A DNA stretch of 64,000 bases from Harriotta raleighana (Eukaryota): the NCBI GenBank assembly GCA_050575255.1, contig JBNZDD010013726.1:8622302-8686301 (forward strand), read 5' to 3'. Within the stretch, counting starts at the first letter, position 1, and every line of letters begins with the position of its first letter. The notes below the pieces were generated by a model. The model saw only the letters and a program-made list of their open reading frames with translations. It ran no database searches and was not told the origin of the DNA. Positions 12,670-24,467 of this stretch are shown here, piece by piece. The position numbers and the translations under genes are program-made.

Positions 12670-12835
12670 AAAAAGAATACAATAATGAATTGGTCACTTC
12701 AATCCTCAACGGTTTTTGGGACACTGCTGTGCGCAATTGTCTACCGCGTTTTCGCCTACAGTCAATTCACTCAACAGTATTTTCTGTGAAGCACTTTGAG
12801 ACATCTAGAAGACATGAAAGGCGCTATTATTATTA
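12670..12835 (+). mobile_element. tRNA-derived SINE, 3' half
   Basis: ttggtcacttcaatcc...gggacactgctgtgcgcaattg...ctgtgaagcactttgagacatctagaagacatgaaaggcgctattattatt. Confidence 0.85.
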
Positions 12836-12837
12836 AT

Positions 12838-13100
12838 TCACCACCCTACTTCTGTAATCTCCTGCAGTCCCACATTCGCGCCCACTTCCTCTGCTCCGCA
12901 ACTCGATCTGCTCCATATTCTTTTCCCCAACATTAGCAGGCGAGCTTTCGGTCATTATGCCCCCGCTCTCTGGAACTCCATCCATCTCATGCCTTCCTAC
13001 TATCCTCCTACAGCCCACCTTATTTGGGTTTCCACACGCCCTTCGTAAAGCGTTTTATGGTGCGATGCTAAATGAAAGGTGCTATACAAGTGCATTCCTC
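12838..13100 (+). mobile_element. L2 LINE 3' remnant (old, degenerate)
   Basis: Degenerate ORF2 C-terminal motifs PPYFCNLLQ and RRAFGHYAPALWNSI (L2 consensus APPYL..LL / G.RAFS..AP.LWN.LP), followed by the tail gtaaagcgtttt...gaaaggtgctatacaagtgca. Confidence 0.7.
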
Positions 13101-14349
13101 TTTATTCTCCCTGCCGCTCAAGATACACACCAAAATTATTGTGGATTTCTAACAGTCAAGTAGCCATAGATCAACTATACATTTGAATTGAAGGATTTGT
13201 AATAGTTTGTAGTTAGCTGTTTACAACTAAACAACGTTCCCCCAGCAGCTCACATTTCAAATTGGAAGAACACCAAACATCTGATAGAAAGGCCAAGTTT
13301 GAAGACTTCAAGTAAATTTCTAATGACAGGGCTGATTTAGGTCCCTGATTGGAATAAGGAAGAACTTTTTATATTAAAACAAATCACTTTGTCTTGGAAC
13401 ATCTCAAAATGTATCAGAAGTAACCACTGTTCTGCCAATTTCAGCAATTGGTCTTGCAGATAGCCATTCGCATCATCGAGGATCCACAAATACACATGAG
13501 GTAAATGACCAATGAATATGTGGGACAAAGTAGGACAGCAGTGTCTCAATCTGCTCAATTCACTGTGAAAAATTAAACATTATTTGTGCAGTACTACTCT
13601 CTAAGTAGACAAAGAAAATAAATTTATATCCAATATCCATGTCATTTCAAATTCAATGAGAAAACAGTTGGCTCCTATGAAATAGGAGTAATGGATCTTA
13701 TGTTCTTACTTGTTAAACTTCCTCAGGATAAGTATACCCATTCACATACTTCATATACCCTGTATACATATAAGCCATTACTAACTCCATTCCCAATTCC
13801 TTTTTAAGCAGGAATCTGCTCAATCTGCAAAGAAACCCAAACCAGAGGTTAGACGACCCGCAAAGTCTACGTGGGACGGAGACCAGATATCAATTATGCT
13901 CCAGAAAAGTGATTGCATTTTGCAAGGCACAGAATGAAAGGTTTCAGAGCAGATTAGAGTGTTNTACCCATTCACATACTTCATATACCCTGCATATATA
14001 TAAGCCATTACTAACTCCATTCCCAATTCCTTTTTAAGCAGGCCATACAAGCTCAATCTGCAAAGAAACCCAAACCAGAGGTTAGACGACCCGCAAAGTC
14101 TACGTGGGACAGAGACCAGATATCAATTATGCTCCAGAAAAGTGAATGCATTTTGCAAGGCACAGAATGAAAGGTTTCAGAGCAGATTAGAGTGTTCTCC
14201 AATGTTTGTATTTATTAATTGGGACAAATAGCAACCCAGCCAATCCTATAATAAAGAATTGTATAATAAACATCCTACAATAAACATTCTATAATAAAGA
14301 ATGTTTTGTTATGAAGACCATCAATATTATTACAAGCTGCAGTACTTAT

Positions 14350-14655
14350 GTGGAGTCCTGTAGCTCAGTGGTTAGAGCACTTGCCTTACAAGCGGGAGAA
14401 CTGGGTTCGATTCCCAGCAGGGCGAAACCTTGGGCAACTTTCCTTACTTTACATGCATGATAATAAACCCTCAAGAAAAGAACAATAATAAATTGGTCGT
14501 TTCAATCCACGACTGTTTTGTGGGACACTGCTGTCGCATTTCGCCCACAAATACTGTATACAGTCAATTTACTTTACAGTATATTCTGTGAAACGCTTTG
14601 AGACGTTTAGAAGATGTGAAAAGCGCTACATCAAATGCAAGGATTATTATTATAA
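14350..14655 (+). mobile_element. tRNA-derived SINE, full length
   Basis: A-box tagctcagtgg, B-box gttcgattcc, CORE-like ccttgggcaactttccttac, Deu-like gggacactgctgt, L2-type tail ending gcaaggattattattat. Confidence 0.9.
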
Positions 14656-15954
14656 TGCAGGGTAACCAAAAAGTCATGATACCGTTACAATGTCTAATAT
14701 GTCTGATAGAAATTATGATTTTTTGTTTGTTTTTAGTTAATGGGGTAGATATCATGATATATTTACAGAATTCCAAAAATTATGATTAGCAATACTGTAT
14801 TATTTGCTGGGAATTTTATTTCCAAAATGATTCTTTTGTTTGAAGCAGTATTTTGTAACAACTGGGCAGTGGAAGGCAAGAGTGGGTTTGGAAGAAAACG
14901 CCCTGTGATCCATTTGATTTCCTCCTTCCAACTTTATCATCCTCCCATTTCAGCATCAATCACTTTTTTTTAAATGATACTAATACAAAATTGTAATAAA
15001 TGACTTTGCAGGAAAGCTGTGTAAATATTAGGAGGCAAGAATTTGATAGTAATGCCAAAGAAAACATCGTAAGTATTTTAAAGCTGTTATTCAAAATTAG
15101 ACAAATAGTAAGTTCAACGCAGCTTTGATCCTTGCCACTGCTCACCGATAATATTATTTGGGCAATTTCTTCACATAATGGCAAATAGAAGTTCTTCTTA
15201 ATGTTAAACGTTATTGTTATAAATAAGCTGTGCTCCATTTTACTTTCAAAATGTCAGCTCCCATATCACTACTTCAAATCGATCTTCCAAATACATATCT
15301 CACAGGATTCATTCTGTTTGTGCACGTTCTTATCACTTAGATCAGTTGTGTCATCCCACCTCCAAGATTCCTTCATTCCCAAGATACAACTACCTCGATG
15401 TCTCTCTGCTCTCAGCGGCCTTGCTCTTCCAAGAGCATGCAGCAGCTCGTATCAAATGTAGGTTGAAACATCAGACGACGGAAAAATAAATGGGAGGCTC
15501 GTAAAGAGAAAAGCCAACATTCCATTCTATTAGCTGTTTAAGTCAAATGAGCTGCACTGCCCAAGGCATTTTCGATGACTCTCAACTATTTGTACCAACA
15601 TCCAACGGTGTGCTCCAGAGGCGAGACCCACTTCCAATCGACTGGAGACAACCAAATGTTTCACGTTGAAAATTTTTCCAGAACAGAATAATGCAGTCGA
15701 GGAAACTTATGCCCAAATGATGCTGACTTTAAACTGCTTAAAACGACAGTTACACTCACCTGGCAATAAATGTTACTTGTTGAACTTTAATAAATTGGAC
15801 CAACTGTTCACCAAACGGATCCCAACTCCCAGTCATGTTAACAAAATAGGTAAGATACTCCTAATAAATAATATTATCTGCCAATTTTTAAATGTAATTA
15901 GAGAATATAATTAACCCATAGGAGATCTACAATGCAATACTCTAAATTGGGGTG

Positions 15955-16360
15955 GGGCGGAACCTAATCGAGGTCTTTCAAATTCTGAAAGGTTTTTCAT
16001 AATTGACATTTGAAAGGGAAGATGTTTCCACTTGTGGGGGAGACCAAAACCAGGGGCTATAAATATAAAATAGTTCGAAATAAATCAAATAGTGAAGTCA
16101 GAAGAGACTTCCTTGCCATGAGAGGGATGGGAACGGAGAACTTGCTACCACAGAGAGTGGTTGAGGCAAACAGAATGAATGCATTTAAGGAGAAGCGAGA
16201 TAAGCACATGAGGGAGAAATGAAGAGAATATTACACTGATAGGCTGAGTTGAGGAAGGGCATCAGGAGGCTCACGTGGAGCATAAATCCTGGCGTAGACC
16301 AGTTGGGCCGAGTGGCCTGTTTCTGTGCAGTGTATTCCTGGTACAGTAATTCTATGTAAA
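15955..16360 (+). mobile_element. CR1-clade LINE 3' end
   Basis: Track ORF 16010-16222 KMFPLVGETKTRGYKYKI...RRDF..MR...NLLPQRVVEAN.MNAFKEK.DKHM is the CR1 ORF2 C-terminus. It is followed by gaccagttgggccgagtggcctgtttctgtgc...attctatgtaa. Confidence 0.88.
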
Positions 16361-16449
16361 TCGGTTCTCCGATAATGTTCTCTACCAGAAAAGAGACAGA
16401 TTGTAATAAAAAGGCCTTTTAAATGTGAATCTGACTGCAAATGTCAATT

Positions 16450-16715
16450 TGTCTCAGTTGGTGACAGGCTCGCTCTGGGTCAAAAGGCTATTGGTTCAAG
16501 CCCCACATCAGGCTCTGAACTCAGTCAAAATGACACTAGAATACAATACCATGGGAGCACTATATTATTGGAGGTACCGTCATTCACAAGTTGTAGTTTC
16601 CTGTTCAGGTGAGCAATGAAGAGAATTTATTGCTCACCTGAATGGCACTATTTGAAAAGAGAAGTAATTTTTTCCACAGTGTCCTGACCAACAATCTTCC
16701 AGATAAACTGAACAT
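16450..16715 (+). mobile_element. Deu-SINE (SacSINE1-like, old)
   Basis: ctcagttggtgac...ggttcaagcccc head; ggaggtaccgtc, tggcactatttgaaaagag and gtgtcctgaccaaca motifs shared with 37608, 39765 and 45460. Confidence 0.7.
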
Positions 16716-17180
16716 TAAGGATGATTTGCCAGGCAAAAAAAAATGTCTGTTGATTTTTGCCAACAAAATTAGTCCCTGTGTATAACCCCGGGTAATTATG
16801 TGCCATACATCAATCAAATAAGTGAAATAAGAATGCAACTTCCTCCTTTTTTCATTTATACCCAGATATAAATGAGATATGCCATGTGTGTAAACTGGAT
16901 TTTAAAACAATAAACCCGCCTTAATTTTCCAGCAAATTAAAATCTGTGTGCCCAAGCATGCTGAAGAATATAAAACTTGCAGTGCTGGTTCTAGGTAATC
17001 CACCCACATAGCGAGTTAGCAAACAATGGATGCACTTGTCAATAAAAAATAAGGAAGCACATAGCAGTGAAGATCTTTTCATTTGAATCTATAAAGTTGA
17101 ACCTAAATGCCTAAGGCAAAATGCAAAGTACTGCAAATGCTGGAAGTCTGAAACAAAAACAGAAATCGCTGGGAACACTC

Positions 17181-18027
17181 AACAACAACAACAACAACAA
17201 AATTACATTTATAGAGCGCGTTTCACGTCAGGAGGACGTCCCAAGGCNNNNNNNNNNNNNNNNNNNNNNNNNNNNNNNNNNNNNNNNNNNNNNNNNNNNN
17301 NNNNNNNNNNNNNNNNNNNNNNNNNNNNNNNNNNNNNNNNNNNNNNNNNNNNNNNNNNNNNNNNNNNNNNNNNNNNNNNNNNNNNNNNNNNNNNNNNNNN
17401 NNNNNNNNNNNNNNNNNNNNNNNNNNNNNNNNNNNNNNNNNNNNNNNNNNNNNNNNNNNNNNNNNNNNNNNNNNNNNNNNNNNNNNNNNNNNNNNNNNNN
17501 NNNNNNNNNNNNNNNNNNNNNNNNNNNNNNNNNNNNNNNNNNNNNNNNNNNNNNNNNNNNNNNNNNNNNNNNNNNNNNNNNNNNNNNNNNNNNNNNNNNN
17601 NNNNNNNNNNNNNNNNNNNNNNNNNNNNNNNNNNNNNNNNNNNNNNNNNNNNNNNNNNNNNNNNNNNNNNNNNNNNNNNNNAGTGTCGCAGTCTGGCGAT
17701 GTTCCGGAGGTGGTGGAAGGCAGTGCCAGTTGTGGCGCGGATGTGGGGGAGAAAGGACAGCTCAGGGTCAAATAGAACACCGAGGTTCCTGACTGGCTTT
17801 GCGAGGTGGAGAGTGCAGCCTTGGATGCTGATGCTGTCAGCACCCGAGTTGCGGAGGCGCTGACGCGAGCCAATCAGGAGGGCCTCGGTTTTCCGGACAT
17901 TGAGCTGAAGAAAGTTATCTCTCGTCCAGGACTCGATGTCAGACAGGCAGGCTGTCAGGACATCAGTAGTCGTGGAGTTGAGGGTAGAGGAGGAAAGGTA
18001 GAGTTGGGTGTCATCCGCATACATGTG
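17181..18027 (-). mobile_element. 5'-truncated young L2 LINE (RT C-terminal part, 3' tail with (TTG)n); spans the assembly gap
   Basis: Uninterrupted frame 18024-17682: MYADDTQLYLS...CLSDIESW..DNFLQLNVRKTEALLIG...VRNLGVLFDPELSFLPHI..TTGTAFHHLRNIARLR, containing the RT YADD motif and L2-specific downstream motifs. The 3' end reads gccttgggacgtcctcctgacgtgaaacgcgctctataaatgtaattttgttgttg. Confidence 0.93.
17248..17681. other. Assembly gap (434 N)
   Basis: Run of n inside the L2 copy. Confidence 1.
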
Positions 18028-18058
18028 GGTCAGGCAGCATCTATGGAGAAAGGAAAGT

Positions 18059-18095
18059 GAGTCAAGATTTCAGGTCCACGACCCTTCATCAGAAC
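18059..18095 (-). ncRNA. Degenerate minimal type I hammerhead ribozyme motif
   Basis: Minus strand GUU-CUGAUGA-AG GGUC GUG GACC U-GAAA-UCUU-GAC. Both core boxes and helices I and II are present, but helix III has lost the CG palindrome. Confidence 0.55.
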
Positions 18096-18100
18096 CGCAA

Positions 18101-18137
18101 AGTTTTGATGAAAGGTCATGGACACGAAACGTTGACT
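18101..18137 (+). ncRNA. Degenerate minimal type I hammerhead ribozyme motif
   Basis: AGUU-UUGAUGA-AAG GUC AUG GAC AC-GAAA-CGUU-GACU. Helix I AGUU/GACU, palindromic helix III AACGUU, GUU cleavage triplet; core C3 is mutated to U. Confidence 0.55.
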
Positions 18138-20129
18138 CACTTTCCTTTCTCCATAGATGCTGCCTGACCTGTTGAGTGTTCCCAGCGATTTGCGTTTTTG
18201 TTTCTAAATGCCTAAAATATGGTTTGATTGATGACTACTCGCTCCTCCTCCTCCTGAACCCTCTCCTCCCACCTCCATAAGTATTTACATTGTGCCCAGC
18301 GCTGTCACACAAAGCAAACTGTTTAAACACTTGAATACTCTGATACAGGTTAACACATGTTGACGTCTGTTTCTTGCTGAGGTAAGTGCCATTTTAAGCA
18401 CTGATGCATTGAACAGATGCCACGCCACCAGCTGGGCTGTTAAGTTTCACAATTAGCAGTGCGAGAGATAACACTTAGCCTGGCAAGGGGGGGATAATGA
18501 GATCCATAAGCAATAAACTGCGTAATAAATTACGAATATGCATTGAATCTTCAGTTCGCCTGCAGATCAACACAGGCTATCGGCAATGTGAGGAACGTAA
18601 ACAAGTAAACAACTGAAGAGTTGACGGGGTGTAGCCATTAACTCCAGCTATAATTTGAGTCTCACAATCTCCAAAGTTGCTTTTTGTCACACTAACACAG
18701 ATGACATGATTTGCATTTTTAATTATAGTCACATAATCACATCTTAGGGGTTAGCCTGCAGTGGCCTATTTACATGAAATTATTCACTAATGAGAAATTG
18801 AAATGAACTGTTGCCTGCTATATGTTTCAAGTGTTTAGAGATGGTCTCTCAGTGATAAGTATCTAACTGTGGTATATTGCTTACCACATTTCAGCCAAGA
18901 ATCAGAACACCTTTCAGAGTCTGGCATACAATTCTGAAATCTAGCCTATAACAAACTGGTTTGATGCCTGAAAATATCGGTTGTTTTATCCATGGCTTTG
19001 ATAAAAATCAACTAGTTAGTAAACTAACTGCCCAATTATTGCTATAATTTTACAAGTAAACACTCGATAATGGTTGGCTTCATCCCCACGCTACTAAGCC
19101 ATTGGGAAATTACACTCCAATCTTTATTTATGCAACAACAACAGCTATGTGTAAGTGATAAGTAACAATGAATGATCCTATTGATGAACTAGATTGGCTT
19201 TGCCTCTCCTTTGTCATGACATAAATGTGCTGCTACAAAAATACCAGCAACTGTCGTCACAAGTGACTTCCCTCCCTCTCTCGAAGCAGTAAACAAATGC
19301 ACACTCCATGGGCCCGAACAAAATTACGACTAGTTTTTTCCCGGCAATTTTTCATCGTTGTGATTCTCATCAACAGTGATACATCATGGTTTTGCCTCCT
19401 GATTTGCGACCTTCAAATCCATGGTGGATTTTAACTCTTGCCTTGTGAAAACTCTCACCGATGTCTGCTGTATTTAAATCTTTGAGATAGGTATAGCTGG
19501 TCTGTCAAGATGCTCTGACTTTGGATCTTGGTTTCCGTTGAAAACCCATGTGATCTGTAAAACNCCTCACCGATGTCTAGCAGCCTTTGCTGCTGTATTT
19601 AAATCTTTGAGATAGGTATAGCTGGTCTGTCAAGATGCTCTGACTTTGGATCTTGGTTTCCGTTGAAAACCCATGTGATCTGTAAAACCTTTGGACCACA
19701 GGCCAGTGACTTGTGGACTAATTCAATCCGAAGTAGACGAGGGAAAACACACAGCATGACAGATCTATGATTCGATTCCTAGCGTACATGTGGTTCATTA
19801 GATGTGTATTGCTCTAAGCAATCAAAGCTAATAGCTGGGTCTGTGTGTGGAAAGAGCATATGTTTATCCAGAGTCATTAAGCAAAAGCTATCAGGATATT
19901 TTAACATGAATAGTGGGATTTAAGTACATTGTGGGTCCCAAAAAAATAAAAATGTAAAATATTACCCAAAGCCAATAATCAACTCTGCAACAATTTTGGA
20001 TCTGGGGGGAATGGGGCAGCTTGCTAAAGATCCTTATTGTGAAGTTACATGCAGCACATCATAACAAGCACAAAATTGAAACACTTCGAGGAATATACAA
20101 AAGTGGAGTACTGTATTTGGTCGATAAAT

Positions 20130-20250
20130 ATGGGAGGCAATTTGCACACAGCAATGTTCCATACACAGCCAAGACGTGAATGACCAATTTGATCTGGAGG
20201 ATTGTTGGGTCAGGACATCGGGAGAAACTCCCTTCTCTTTTCAGTATAGT
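20130..20250 (-). mobile_element. Deu-SINE fragment (old)
   Basis: ggcaatttgcacacagcaa...gtgaatgaccaat...ggattgttgggtcaggacatcgggagaaactcccttctcttttc. Confidence 0.65.
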
Positions 20251-20656
20251 GTAGCGATCCGAGTGTGATACAAACTGAGCTAGGCTTGCACATATATGGA
20301 GTCTAGCATAGCAGAGAATGCAATTCTGTTAAGGATGTGTGGGGGTAGAGGAGGCAGTCCTATAGATCCCTGATAATACTTTATTCGAAGCTCTTCATAG
20401 AATCGACACAGAAGAGATATAATCGAATTTACTTTCTGAAATTGCTGCAGGACTCTGCTCAAAAAACAGATGTCCAAAGCATGCAAATCTAGGGAACCAG
20501 ATATGTGTTTAGTTGCATTTTGATTAAAAAAAACAAATCAGAAGACTATGTCTGTAAGTGTCACTGCAGAGTCCACTCTACACAGAGTACAATTGCACTA
20601 GTTTATATAGAGTGCAATTGCTTTCCTCCTGTAATTATCCATAGTCTGACCTCTTT

Positions 20657-20808
20657 GCACCACAAAATATACAGTCAATTCACTGTGCAGTATATTCTGT
20701 GAAGCACTTTGAGATGTCTCGAAGACATGATAAGGCGCCTTAACATGTCTTCGAGACATCTCAAAGTGCAAAGATTAATAATCCTCAAATGCAAGGATTA
20801 TTATTATT
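20657..20808 (+). mobile_element. tRNA-SINE 3' tail carrying an internal fold-back duplication
   Basis: cacaaaatatacagtcaattcac...ctgtgaagcactttgagatgtc...tcaaatgcaaggattattattat. Confidence 0.85.
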
Positions 20809-22329
20809 TCCCCCTGCACAGTATCTAAGGTCTGACCTTTCCCACCTTTCTGTCAACTCACTCTTATATTTTCATATCATACAACACAAGCTCTACAGTC
20901 AAGAATCGTGTTCTATACTTAGTTTCAAATTTACACCCAAATTTCAAATGAATCTTATTCTTTACAGATAGTGCAGATTAGCTGCTGTTTGTACAACATT
21001 CACTTCATTTCTAAATTCCAGGTACTGTAATTATATTTTGTTAAATATTACAGTAAACTTCTGATAACTTAATTTGTCACCACCACTAAAGCCAACATGG
21101 AAGGATCAAAAAAGCATCATATTTTGAACCACCAGGTAAAAGGTTACTGTAAGCAAGGATAACTTGGATAAAGCAATAAAACACAATTTTATAAACGCAC
21201 AAACAAACACACTGCTGGTCTTATGCATATTGTCACATTCACCTGGTGAAGACTCAGGTAATCCATAGCTTCAAAGTAGCTATTTTTATAAAAAATCAAG
21301 AGCTGGGGGAAGTTAAGCTAATATTTAACATACACAGCAATCTAATCAGTTTTTTTCCCCCCCGAGTTGTACAATGAAGTGAATCTTCATTAGTGAATCT
21401 TCATAAAGATTTATCTTCCAGATAAACCACTCAAACCAGCAAGCCTGCCTTGGAGTCAAGTTACTCTGTATAAATAAGAATCGATCTTAGTTACATTAAT
21501 GCTCCATAGCATCATGACAAGATGACGATACACAGTTCTCCACCAGTCACCATTACCTCAGAACTATTTCCCCAAGACGTTTTCTTAAAAGAAGCCTTAT
21601 GACAATTCAGCGAAGCCGGACGCTTGTTTACAATAGGCATGAGGCATGTTATCTGTGTATTGACACATGGAAATCTGGGTGCTCCTCACAAGGCCTTCGT
21701 TCTCCATTAAACGCTTTAGGCTTAGAACAACAACACAACACACACTGTACGTAGCTCAAGAGTGACACATTTGGAGTCGGTCATGCAGAGAGACATGAGG
21801 CATTAGGGCCGCATTCTTGAAAGAGGACCGATCAATGAATAAAGAACAAAAAACCTTTTTAAAGGTTACAAGAGAGATAAATGCTGAAGGGCTTTTATTA
21901 TCAAAAGGAACACTTGAAGCCAGGCGTACAGACAAACATTTTTCAATTGCAAAGGTCAGCTTTTTCCTCAAAACAGAATGTTTGCTTCCTTTTTAAGCTT
22001 GTTTTTCAGTATGTTTCTCCACTCCTTTTTTTTGCCATCGCTAAATGGCCATTGCTCAAATGTGAGCACAGTGTTAGGAGGAGATTACAGAGAGCCTGTT
22101 CTTACCCAATAACCCCAACACTTGTATATTCCATTAGCATCAGCGGATATTAGTGTAAGCAGCTGGAACCCTCACCACCATGGTTTGGCCACAGACCTAT
22201 TGAGGTGATTCACATTCATACCGTCAGACCTGTGCTATCTGTACCAGTCAGGTATTGCCTAGAAAACATTTACATTCCCTGCAGCAATTTTATTCTAAAT
22301 TGACACTCTAGTGCAGCTGGAAAGAACAC

Positions 22330-22550
22330 TGTCCTTTAGGCATAGAAATAAAGTCAAGTCTGGTTTGCTCGATCAAGAGCCCATGATCCAATGTGAAAAG
22401 ACAATAGTTTCTCTTGATGTCCTGATCTGACCAAATCAAAAGGGTTTAACTCATAACTTTGCTGTGCATCAATTGACTGCCATATTTGTCTATAAATACA
22501 CAGCCACTACATTTGGCAATAGTGTGAAACACTACGAGATGTTTTTACAT
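22330..22550 (+). mobile_element. Deu-SINE fragment (old)
   Basis: gtttctcttgatgtcctg...ttgctgtgcatcaattgactgccatatttgtcta...gtgtgaaacactacgagatg. Confidence 0.55.
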
Positions 22551-23148
22551 TATTAGCACAAAATCAAATCAAAATCAAACAGATTTGAGTTCCCCTTAAC
22601 TGTTACATCAATAGAAGACCCTAACTTTAACCCTAACTCAATAGAAGATAAAAGATCACCTATAACACAGGCTAATGTTGGTCAGGATTAACACTGAAAG
22701 GTATGAAAGGTGAAAGGTCCTCTTTATAAGCTTTCAGAGATGTCATATTAACTTGTCCGAGTCCTGGCAACATATTGCCCATCTCTCAGATTGCACCTGT
22801 AGATGCCCAAGTCAAGCTCCAGTTTTCAGACACTGATGGATGAAGGGAAACAAAGGTGAAACCTCCGAGGAGAGATGAGACAAACTAATCTAGGCACGTG
22901 ACAAGTATCACTAGGCATTTTAGTCACTCCCAAAGGCTACATTCTTATGATTTACTATCCCCCAAATTCAAATCTATGACGTTTGAGTATAAGGCAGAAA
23001 GCTGCAGACAAGACCGAGTTCATGATAAATTCAACTATGAAAGTGGAAGATAGGCAGATTTCAACAATCTAACTCAGGGCCACTGTTTCCAATTTAGATT
23101 TTGTGAGAATTTATATAATATTGCTCAAGCGATCCCTCGGTGGTGGGG

Positions 23149-23191
<43 letters not shown>

Positions 23192-24418
23192 NCACATGTT
23201 TAACCCCAGTACATGTCAGGGTTTCTAGACTGAAAAGATCCACTTGATTGATGTACTTTGGCAGCTCCATTTCAACAGCTGAAATCATGTTGAGTGGGAG
23301 CAGATATCTTTCCCGGGTGTGGAGAAAGCCAACAGAACATGACAACCAAACGCTGAGCTGCTCACAGCAGTTTTCCTGTGCACTAATTTCAAATGAGATG
23401 CTGCCACTTATACACTTCACATGTGAATTAATCGGTGTGTTTACTATATTTGTATCGCTGACAGGAAAGGCGCAATGCAAATGTAATTTTGTTGTTGTTG
23501 TCGTTGTATATTATTCCAGATTTTTTTAAATGTCGAATTTGCAAAATTAACGCAATTTGAGAGCTAATTGGTCCCAGTTCAAAAACAATGGTTCTCAGAA
23601 TTCCTCTTTTGGTTAGAACTCATAAATTTTTTTACAGTGCACAATTAGTTCCCCCCAAAATATCTACAAAACATTACTGTTCTCAGATGCCTCAAGTACT
23701 CTCATCTGAGCATTTGTGAGCTTGTTTAATGCCAAAAACGAATCTAAATTCAAACCCTAGTAATTAATTTTAATGCCAGTGAAATATCCTCCCAAATTCA
23801 TCTTATAGGCATCAGGAAAAATTACTTGTTCTTCCAGGTCCTTCTTTACATTATAAAGTACACAAATTATATAGTACACAAGTCAATTTGTTTGATGATC
23901 TGTGCAATGACAATCACACGAGTCACATGGTGTATTCCATGAACCCAAATACCCTTCGCAAGACTGTAAGCAATGTTGCTTCCTCCAATCATGTGCACTG
24001 ATTTTGCAAATGATATTAACTGTGAAGCCATGAGCACAAGAATGTCTATAAAACCACCCAGTTACTAAAGCTTGGCAAAAACTATGGTCGTTTGTCAGCT
24101 TACGACATACAGCACATTCACGTTCTTGGCCTACCTGGAACGGTCAAAAACAAAGTCAATATTGTGATATAAGTTATTTACGGAGAAGCTAAAAATACAT
24201 ATTTCAGTTCTCCAGCATGACCCTCGGGAATTCTTAATTTGATTTGGATAAGATGAAGATTCAGATTTATTTCCCCCAACCGGAAGCAAAAAGAGGACAG
24301 TTTCAGGCTCTGCTCACAGTTTCAATACGTGATATGTACTGTATAAGCAATCAAATTGGGTGAAAGATAGAGTCAGAAATGTTCCGGTAATGCAACTCAA
24401 GAAGTCAAGTGTCATTAT

Positions 24419-24467
24419 TTTATATATATATATATAGATGTATCTATATATATATATATATATAAAA
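24419..24467. repeat. (TA)n microsatellite, interrupted
   Basis: tatatatatatatatagatgtatctatatatatatatatatata. Confidence 0.95.

Larger units (their letters stand above)
17115..18203. mobile_element. Non-autonomous fold-back Penelope-like element with two hammerhead-like motifs, interrupted by an L2
   Basis: The left arm (17115-17184 plus 18028-18095) and right arm (18102-18203) are inverted copies. A 12-bp direct repeat ctaaatgcctaa at 17103-17114 and 18204-18215 is a candidate TSD. Confidence 0.75.

Noticed and set aside
17121-17873. Long track ORFs (216-271 aa) across 17121-18024
   Set aside because: Their length comes from the N gap. Only the L2 RT frame 18024-17682 is real.
23150-23192. 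Poly-G run / poly-proline ORF
   Set aside because: It ends at an assembly n, so the run length is unreliable and may be a sequencing artefact.
24052-24060. Gli-like sites (AACCACCCA here; variants near 1278, 28617 and 41488)
   Set aside because: One-mismatch 9-mers are expected by chance in 64 kb, and there is no perfect GACCACCCA or clustering.
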